A stretch of 14,092 bases of DNA, taken from UHGV virus genome UHGV-1666403, one strand, 5' to 3'. Numbering within the stretch: the stretch's first letter is position 1; the number at the start of each line of letters is the position of its first letter. The position numbers were made by a program, and so were the translations under genes. Shown in pieces: positions 8,001 to 14,092 of the stretch. Source of the stretch: a virus. The notes below the pieces were generated by a model. The model was given only the letters and a program-made list of their open reading frames with translations, made no database searches and was not told the DNA's origin.

Positions 8001-8738
8001 TTAACTGGCTTTCTTTTTCGGGCGTCCACGTTTTGCCGGGGGCGCACTCCGGGTCTTACGCGGGGCGCGGGTGACCGCTTTTGGCTCCGGCTTCGGTTTC
8101 AGCTCCCGCTCCAGTCGTTCAATCTCTTTTTTGACGCCTGCCTGACAGTCGAGCTGTGTCGCACGTTGCAGATGCGCCAGCGCCCCTGCGGCATCACCAG
8201 CGTCACGCAGAAACAGACCGGTGATTTTGTGCAGCTTTGCGCGCACTTCATCAGGCATGTCAGCCGTGGCGGTCAGTTCAAGGGTCTCCGTCAGCAGGCG
8301 GGTATCCACAGACTCACCGGCAGCGTGAGCGCGCATGGCCGCAAGCGCGACCTCCTCGGTGAACATGTACGGCGGGGTACGGCGGTGTTTACCCGGCATG
8401 GTCAGACCGTACTTCAGGGCATAACGGGCAATCTCCAGCGCACCGGCAATATCGCCGGTATCCAGACGCCACAGCATGACCGTCATCAGAATGTCATCCT
8501 GTGCACCTTTGCCCTGCTCCAGCACGCCGTTCACCCACGACAACCAGAACGGCAGCAGTTCGCGTTTTTTCGCGGCCTTCAGCTCTTTTGAATAAATCGC
8601 TTTCAGTGTGCGCTGGTCTGCGGCGAGCTTAACCAGCATCTGCTCATAGACAGTTGCATGTCGCAGCGGGGCGGCTTCCCGCTGCGCGGTCATCGCTGCC
8701 GAGACCCGCATCATGTGGCGCTGTGCGGGACTCGTCAT
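8001..8738 (-). CDS. M: Terminase small (endonuclease) subunit (P2 gpM)
   Basis: 245 aa with P2 synteny between N and L. Strongly basic C-terminal tail (RAPRKTRSAPPAKRGRPKKKAS). Confidence 0.88.
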   Translation of the reverse strand: MTSPAQRHMMRVSAAMTAQREAAPLRHATVYEQMLVKLAADQRTLKAIYSKELKAAKKRELLPFWLSWVNGVLEQGKGAQDDILMTVMLWRLDTGDIAGALEIARYALKYGLTMPGKHRRTPPYMFTEEVALAAMRAHAAGESVDTRLLTETLELTATADMPDEVRAKLHKITGLFLRDAGDAAGALAHLQRATQLDCQAGVKKEIERLERELKPKPEPKAVTRAPRKTRSAPPAKRGRPKKKAS

Positions 8739-8741
8739 CGG

Positions 8742-9815
8742 TTACGCTCCCGGCTCTGCGGTCGCTTTAGCCAGTGTGGAGAAATCACCGACCTTAATTT
8801 TTTCCACCAGACAACCGGCGGCGTAGTCTTCCACCACGTAATCAATGTTCATTGACTCGTAGTTCTCCACGCGGTCGAGTTTCGGGTTTTCCTCAATCAC
8901 GCGGCGATGGCTGTCATCCATGTAGTAGATGGACAGGTTTTCCAGCTTTGTGATGAGCATCGCATCCGCCGGGAAGTACGGGACGCGTACCGCCGGCAGG
9001 TTACCGATGCGTTTCTGGCTGATGATGACGTCAGCGGCCAGCATTTCGCTGTTGTCCTGCTCCTTGTTGACGATGGGAAAATACTTGTCCGCCAGTAGCT
9101 GACGTCCCACAATCACCACAAGGTCAGGGTCTTCCTGATACCACGGCTCAATCAGGTTGTTGGTCGCATCCATCACCAGTGCGTCAAGGCTGGCATAATC
9201 ACCGCCCTTACCCACGCGGATAACCTCAGAGGTGGTGTGCCCTTCCTCGTCAGTGACCTTGCTCATCACGCGCGCCGGTGCTTCATTGCGGTATTTCTGC
9301 AGCCAGCCGACCGCCACATCCTGTAGCATCGGATTACTGCTGCGGTCAGAGGTTTCGGCACGCCTCACGCCGTTAAAACCGGCCATGATGAAATCAAGGG
9401 ACTGGCGTTTGATAATGGCGTTACGGACACGGAGCTGGAAATCCTGATAACGCGCCCACAGGTCAAGCGTTTTGTAGCGGATATAAAAATCGAAGTTAAT
9501 CTGGTCGCATTCGTACTTGTTTGACGCCAGCTTCGAGAAGTCCTTCGGCTGACGCTCGGTGCCACCGGCGGTGTCGCTGGTGCTGGCGATGGAGCCGGTG
9601 ACACCAATACCAATTTTTTCCCCTTTCATTTCGCTGACCGGCACAATGTTGATGCGGGTCAGAAAGTCAGAGGACTCCTGCATGGTGTTCATCAGGGTCT
9701 GGGTGACCGACGGTTCAACGGTGAATTTTTTCGACACATCACCGGCGTCGATGCCGTTCAGTTCGGCAACACGGGACAGGTAGGCATTAAATTTAAAGCG
9801 GGTTTCCTGGCGCAT
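8742..9815 (-). CDS. N: Major capsid protein (P2 gpN)
   Basis: 357 aa, the longest head ORF, directly after the scaffold gene. AGGA ribosome-binding site 8 nt upstream of the ATG at 9815. Confidence 0.93.
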   Translation of the reverse strand: MRQETRFKFNAYLSRVAELNGIDAGDVSKKFTVEPSVTQTLMNTMQESSDFLTRINIVPVSEMKGEKIGIGVTGSIASTSDTAGGTERQPKDFSKLASNKYECDQINFDFYIRYKTLDLWARYQDFQLRVRNAIIKRQSLDFIMAGFNGVRRAETSDRSSNPMLQDVAVGWLQKYRNEAPARVMSKVTDEEGHTTSEVIRVGKGGDYASLDALVMDATNNLIEPWYQEDPDLVVIVGRQLLADKYFPIVNKEQDNSEMLAADVIISQKRIGNLPAVRVPYFPADAMLITKLENLSIYYMDDSHRRVIEENPKLDRVENYESMNIDYVVEDYAAGCLVEKIKVGDFSTLAKATAEPGA

Positions 9816-9873
9816 AGTTTTTCCTGAAATTAAGGGTTAATCGTGAAGGTTTTCCCGGACTGACTGACGCCGG

Positions 9874-10728
9874 TTAGCAGTTCGTCATCAGGGCGTCACC
9901 GCCACCGCCGGTGGCTTTACTGCGGCGCTGCTGGGTCAGACTTTCGGTGTGGTCGAGACTGTTTTTCAGGCGGGTGAATGCCTGACTGGTTTCATCCGCC
10001 CTGTCAGTCACATCCTGCTTAAGTGCGGAAAAGGCGGTTTCCATCTCAGCAAGGCGCTGCTCAGTGGCGCTCAGTTTTTCCTGCACATGCTCAGCGACAG
10101 CGGTCACCGCTTCATGCACGTCATTCAGACGGGCGTCATCGCTGGCCTGTTTGCGGCCAAAAATGGATTTCACCTTTTCGGTCAGGGCTGTGAACACGGT
10201 TTCAGGCAGGTCTTCAAATTCCAGCTCAACAGGCGTTGCCACTGAAATCAGGTTTTCAGGGCTTAATTTGAAGCGGTTCAGGGGGTTGTGTTTTGCCGTG
10301 CGGCAGAATTCCAGGTATTCCGTGCCGAGGCTTGCCGGGTCATCGGTGACGGCCAGACCCACCAGATAACATTTGCCGGTATTGGCAAAGTTCGGCTGAA
10401 TTTCCATTGAGGTATAGACCTTCTGCGCGGCCTTGTTCATCGCGATAAGGTCATCGGTCGGGGTGATTTTCGCAAACAGCGCCCATTTGCCTTTCAGCGC
10501 CGAATCGTCGTCAATCTTTTCGGCCTTCAGTTCGGCCACATCACCATAACGTTTAAAAATACCGTCAGGCAGGATGCCGCGCAGATGTTCCAGGTTAATG
10601 CGGCAACCATAGACTCGCGGGTCAAAGGTTTCGGCCATTTCCTGAATATCCTGCGCACTGATGACACGCCCGTCACAGGTGTCACCCTCAACGCCGATAC
10701 GAAAGAATTTTGAGACTTTTTTTGCCAT
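9874..10728 (-). CDS. O: Capsid scaffolding protein (P2 gpO)
   Basis: 284 aa from the ATG at 10728 (MAKKVSKFFRIGVEGD...). C-terminal coiled-coil-like, Ala/Glu-rich region. First gene of the leftward head operon. The ORF-track 5' extension to 10794 is rejected. Confidence 0.9.
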   Translation of the reverse strand: MAKKVSKFFRIGVEGDTCDGRVISAQDIQEMAETFDPRVYGCRINLEHLRGILPDGIFKRYGDVAELKAEKIDDDSALKGKWALFAKITPTDDLIAMNKAAQKVYTSMEIQPNFANTGKCYLVGLAVTDDPASLGTEYLEFCRTAKHNPLNRFKLSPENLISVATPVELEFEDLPETVFTALTEKVKSIFGRKQASDDARLNDVHEAVTAVAEHVQEKLSATEQRLAEMETAFSALKQDVTDRADETSQAFTRLKNSLDHTESLTQQRRSKATGGGGDALMTNC

Positions 10729-10901
10729 TGTCAGGAGTCCTGAATAGTGATTAGAGGAGTCACATGTCGGCATCAGTTTCCCGACGATGCGCATCCTCCG
10801 CCATCAGTCCCGGATGGCTTATCACTGACACAACAGCACCTTAGCGAATCGCGGGGCGCGACTAAGTAGCCTTGCCGTGTATTCATCACGGCGAGGTATT
10901 C
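10729..10901. promoter_or_regulatory. Divergent control region between the O...head/lysis operon and the P-Q operon; presumed late promoters
   Basis: 173-bp non-coding gap between divergent starts. Dyad GTCGG-N10-CCGAC at 10766..10785 and perfect dyad CCGTG-N7-CACGG at 10875..10891 just upstream of the P ribosome-binding site (GAGG 10893..10896). Promoter hexamers not assigned. Confidence 0.5.
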
Positions 10902-12674
10902 ATGACCATCACCACAGACACCACTCTTTTACACGACCCGCGTCGTCAGGCGGCGCTGCTGTACTGGCAGGGGTTTTCCGTGCCGCAGATTGCCGCCATG
11001 TTGAAGATGAAACGCCCGACGGTGCAGAGCTGGAAACAGCGCGACGGCTGGGACAGTGTTGCCCCCATCAGCCGTGTCGAAATGAGTCTGGAAGCGCGGC
11101 TGACCCAGCTCATCATCAAACCGCAGAAAACCGGCGGTGACTTCAAGGAAATTGACCTGCTGGGACGCCAGATTGAACGACTGGCACGGGTTAACCGTTA
11201 CAGTCAGACCGGCAACGAGGCAGACCTTAATCCGAACGTCGCTAACCGCAACAAAGGCGGGCGGCGCAAACCGAAAAAGAATTTTTTCAGTGACGAGGCC
11301 ATCGAAAAGCTGGAGCAGATTTTCTTTGAGCAGTCTTTCGAATATCAGTTGCACTGGTATCGCGCCGGGCTTGAGCACCGCATCCGCGATATCCTGAAAT
11401 CCCGCCAGATTGGCGCGACGTTTTATTTTTCCCGCGAGGCGCTGCTGCGCGCCCTGAAAACCGGCCATAACCAGATTTTTCTGTCGGCCAGTAAAACGCA
11501 GGCGTATGTGTTCCGTGAATACATCATCGCCTTTGCCCGTCTGGTTGACGTTGACCTGACCGGTGACCCGATTGTCCTGGGCAATAACGGCGCAAAACTG
11601 ATTTTTCTCGGCACCAACTCCAATACCGCGCAGAGCCATAACGGCGACCTGTACGTCGACGAGATTTTCTGGATCCCGAATTTTCAGGTACTGCGTAAGG
11701 TGGCATCAGGTATGGCCTCACAGAGCCACCTGCGCTCGACCTATTTCTCCACCCCGTCCACGCTGGCGCACGACGCCTACCCGTTCTGGTCGGGTGAACT
11801 GTTCAACCGGGGACGCGCCAGCGCCGCCGAACGCGTGGAAATCGACGTCAGTCATAACGCCCTTGCCGGAGGTCTTCTCTGTGCGGACGGCCAGTGGCGA
11901 CAGATTGTCACCATTGAGGACGCCCTGAAAGGCGGCTGCACGCTGTTCGACATTGAGCAGCTCAAACGCGAAAACAGCGCCGACGATTTTAAAAACCTGT
12001 TCATGTGTGAATTTGTTGACGACAAGGCGTCGGTGTTCCCGTTCGAGGAGCTGCAACGCTGCATGGTCGACACGCTGGAAGAATGGGAAGACTATGCGCC
12101 GTTTGCCGCCAATCCGTTCGGCTCCCGCCCGGTATGGATTGGTTACGACCCGTCACACCGTGGCGACAGCGCCGGATGCGTGGTGCTGGCACCGCCGGTG
12201 GTGGCCGGAGGTAAATTCAGAATACTTGAGCGTCACCAGTGGAAAGGCATGGACTTTGCCACTCAGGCGGAATCCATCCGCAAACTCACCGAAAAATACA
12301 ACGTCGAATACATCGGAATTGATGCCACCGGCCTCGGTGTCGGCGTGTTCCAGCTCGTGCGCTCGTTCTATCCCGCCGCGCGCGACATCCGCTACACGCC
12401 GGAAATGAAAACCGCAATGGTGCTCAAGGCCAAAGACGTTATCCGCCGTGGCTGTCTGGAATATGACGTCAGCGCCACCGACATCACCAGCTCGTTTATG
12501 GCTATCCGCAAGACCATGACCAGCAGCGGACGCAGTGCCACCTATGAGGCCAGCCGCAGCGAGGAAGCCAGCCACGCCGACCTCGCCTGGGCGACCATGC
12601 ACGCCCTGTTAAATGAGCCACTCACCGCCGGTATCAGCACCCCGCTGACATCCACCATTCTGGAGTTTTACTGA
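10902..12674 (+). CDS. P: Terminase large (ATPase) subunit (P2 gpP)
   Basis: 590 aa from the ATG at 10902, with GAGG 5 nt upstream. Divergent from O and co-oriented with the portal, as in P2. The TTG-initiated 600-aa version in the track is rejected. Confidence 0.92.
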   Translation: MTITTDTTLLHDPRRQAALLYWQGFSVPQIAAMLKMKRPTVQSWKQRDGWDSVAPISRVEMSLEARLTQLIIKPQKTGGDFKEIDLLGRQIERLARVNRYSQTGNEADLNPNVANRNKGGRRKPKKNFFSDEAIEKLEQIFFEQSFEYQLHWYRAGLEHRIRDILKSRQIGATFYFSREALLRALKTGHNQIFLSASKTQAYVFREYIIAFARLVDVDLTGDPIVLGNNGAKLIFLGTNSNTAQSHNGDLYVDEIFWIPNFQVLRKVASGMASQSHLRSTYFSTPSTLAHDAYPFWSGELFNRGRASAAERVEIDVSHNALAGGLLCADGQWRQIVTIEDALKGGCTLFDIEQLKRENSADDFKNLFMCEFVDDKASVFPFEELQRCMVDTLEEWEDYAPFAANPFGSRPVWIGYDPSHRGDSAGCVVLAPPVVAGGKFRILERHQWKGMDFATQAESIRKLTEKYNVEYIGIDATGLGVGVFQLVRSFYPAARDIRYTPEMKTAMVLKAKDVIRRGCLEYDVSATDITSSFMAIRKTMTSSGRSATYEASRSEEASHADLAWATMHALLNEPLTAGISTPLTSTILEFY

Positions 12675-13708
12675 TGAGCAAGAAAAAAGGGAAAACACCG
12701 CAACCTGCGGCCAAAAAAATGACCGCCAGCGCCCCGAAAATGGAAGCATTCACCTTTGGCGAGCCGGTACCGGTACTCGACCGCCGTGACATTCTGGATT
12801 ACGTCGAGTGCATCAGTAACGGCAGATGGTATGAACCACCGGTCAGCTTTACCGGTCTGGCAAAAAGCCTGCGTGCTGCCGTGCATCACAGCTCACCGAT
12901 TTACGTCAAACGTAATATTCTGGCCTCAACATTTATCCCGCATCCGTGGCTTTCCCAGCAGGATTTCAGCCGCTTTGTGCTGGATTTTCTGGTGTTCGGT
13001 AATGCGTTTCTGGAAAAGCGTTACAGCACCACCGGTAAGGTCATCAGACTGGAAACCTCACCGGCAAAATATACCCGTCGTGGCGTGGAGGAGGATGTTT
13101 ACTGGTGGGTGCCGTCCTTCAACGAGCCGACACCTTTCACGCCCGGCTCCGTGTTTCACCTGCTGGAGCCGGATATCAATCAGGAGCTGTACGGCCTGCC
13201 AGAATATCTGAGCGCCCTTAACTCTGCCTGGCTGAATGAGTCGGCCACGCTGTTCCGCCGCAAGTATTACGAAAACGGCGCTCATGCCGGATATATCATG
13301 TACGTCACCGATGCCGTGCAGGACCGCAACGATATCGAAATGCTTCGCGAAAACATGGTTAAGTCGAAAGGCCGCAACAACTTTAAAAATCTGTTTCTCT
13401 ATGCCCCGCAGGGGAAAGCTGACGGCATTAAAATTATCCCGCTCAGTGAAGTGGCAACGAAGGACGATTTTTTTAATATCAAAAAAGCCAGCGCCGCTGA
13501 CCTGCTGGACGCGCACCGCATCCCCTTTCAGTTGATGGGCGGCAAGCCGGAGAACGTCGGGTCACTGGGCGATATTGAGAAAGTGGCAAAGGTCTTTGTC
13601 CGCAATGAGCTTATCCCGTTACAGGACAGGATTCGGGAAATAAACGGCTGGCTCGGTCAGGAGGTCATCCGCTTTAAAAACTACTCACTGGACACTGACA
13701 ACGGCTGA
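12674..13708 (+). CDS. Q: Portal (capsid portal vertex) protein (P2 gpQ)
   Basis: 344 aa. ATG at 12674 overlaps the P stop (TGATG). Followed by a terminator and the cos site, as at the P2 left end. Confidence 0.92.
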   Translation: MSKKKGKTPQPAAKKMTASAPKMEAFTFGEPVPVLDRRDILDYVECISNGRWYEPPVSFTGLAKSLRAAVHHSSPIYVKRNILASTFIPHPWLSQQDFSRFVLDFLVFGNAFLEKRYSTTGKVIRLETSPAKYTRRGVEEDVYWWVPSFNEPTPFTPGSVFHLLEPDINQELYGLPEYLSALNSAWLNESATLFRRKYYENGAHAGYIMYVTDAVQDRNDIEMLRENMVKSKGRNNFKNLFLYAPQGKADGIKIIPLSEVATKDDFFNIKKASAADLLDAHRIPFQLMGGKPENVGSLGDIEKVAKVFVRNELIPLQDRIREINGWLGQEVIRFKNYSLDTDNG

Positions 13709-13713
13709 ACATC

Positions 13714-13736
13714 GCCGCCTGCGGGCGGCTTTTTTA
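13714..13736 (+). terminator. Rho-independent terminator downstream of Q
   Basis: Perfect GC stem GCCGCC (13714..13719), loop TGCG, GGCGGC (13724..13729), followed immediately by TTTTTT (13730..13735), 6 nt after the Q stop. Confidence 0.65.
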
Positions 13737-13877
13737 CACCCCGTCATCACGCCCTCACACGCTCACCACAGCACAAAACATCCCGCAAACACACCAACAC
13801 CCCAACGGGCAGACTAAACGCCGCCACGACGCGCTCAGACGCTGAAAAAATAAAATCAGCACCACCGCCAGCGCGCA

Positions 13878-13896
13878 GTGCTTTCCCCGCCTCGCC
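13878..13896 (-). other. cos site: P2-type 19-nt cohesive end sequence
   Basis: 13878..13896 is GTGCTTTCCCCGCCTCGCC, whose reverse complement GGCGAGGCGGGGAAAGCAC is the cohesive-end sequence I recall for P2. It sits about 170 bp beyond the Q stop, as at the P2 left end. Confidence 0.7.
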
Positions 13897-14038
13897 CGCC
13901 CGCTTCATGGGTCGGTTTGAATGCAGTTGAATTACAACTACCAAACCAAGCAATCCCTACTATTACGCAGAAAATGCATACTGAAATACCTCGTGCAAAT
14001 TGATGCAGCTAAGTATGCATAGGTTTTATGCCTCAACG

Positions 14039-14092
14039 GGCTTTGTTGAATAAATCAGATTTCGGGTAAGTCTCCCCCGTAGCGGGTTGTGT
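14039..14092. mobile_element. IS903-family (IS5 family) insertion sequence, first 54 bp only; body of element lies right of the window
   Basis: 14039..14056 is GGCTTTGTTGAATAAATC (the same 18-bp terminal repeat as at 89..106, in inverted orientation), followed by AGATTTCGGGTAAGTCTCCCCCGTAGCGGGTTGTGT, which I recognise as the opposite IS903 terminus. Confidence 0.8.

Noticed and set aside
8001-8591. 197-aa + strand ORF antisense to small terminase M
   Set aside because: Antisense shadow ORF of a confidently assigned gene. Arg/Gly-rich, low-complexity translation typical of reverse-frame GC-rich DNA.
10872-10901. TTG-initiated 10-codon N-terminal extension of P in the ORF track
   Set aside because: The ATG at 10902 has a well-spaced GAGG Shine-Dalgarno sequence, and the extension would overlap the CCGTG-N7-CACGG dyad.
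10929-11639. 236-aa - strand ORF (and others at 11718..12056, 12153..12602) antisense to large terminase P
   Set aside because: Embedded antisense within the terminase gene. No independent support.
13747-13953. 68-aa - strand ORF spanning the cos site
   Set aside because: Crosses the cos sequence and the Q terminator region, with a low-complexity translation. Not a plausible gene.
13921-14022. 33-codon ORF (MQLNYNYQTKQ...) in the AT-rich stub between cos and the IS
   Set aside because: No convincing ribosome-binding site and too short to support. More plausibly non-coding remnant or regulatory sequence.
1-14092. Single IS903 copy inserted in a circular molecule and split by linearisation of the window
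   Set aside because: The 9-bp sequences flanking the two termini (CCTCCAGTG vs GCCTCAACG) are not a direct repeat, so a simple insertion with target duplication is not supported. It cannot be fully excluded without the wider contig.
1-14092. CRISPR arrays, tRNA/rRNA genes, integrase or attachment sites
   Set aside because: No spaced direct-repeat arrays, no tRNA-like cloverleaf candidates, and no integrase-like ORF were found. The window covers only the structural and lysis part of the phage.

Overview
This window is an uninterrupted late-gene (virion structure, packaging and lysis) block of a P2-like (Peduovirus-type) temperate phage, bracketed at both edges by termini of IS903-family insertion sequences. 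I found no novel system inside the window; the interesting material is at its edges. On the + strand are the large terminase (P) and portal (Q), followed by a terminator and the 19-nt P2-type cos sequence. Divergently, on the - strand, run the scaffold (O), major capsid (N), small terminase (M), head completion (L), tail protein X, holin (Y), endolysin (K), lysA, an overlapped spanin pair (lysB/lysC), tail completion R and S, baseplate V, W, J and I, tail fiber (H) and tail-fiber chaperone (G). Gene order, sizes and start/stop overlaps follow the P2 layout with no inserted cargo ORF. The cos site is internal, so this is a prophage or circular form, not a packaged linear genome. Both positions where P2-like phages carry accessory or defence cargo (downstream of G, and the right arm beside cos) are cut by the IS termini within 27 bp and 142 bp respectively, so any cargo lies outside the window or has been lost. 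No rRNA, tRNA, CRISPR array or tandem repeat was seen. All calls rest on reading the sequence and the supplied ORF track against remembered family features; no database search was run.
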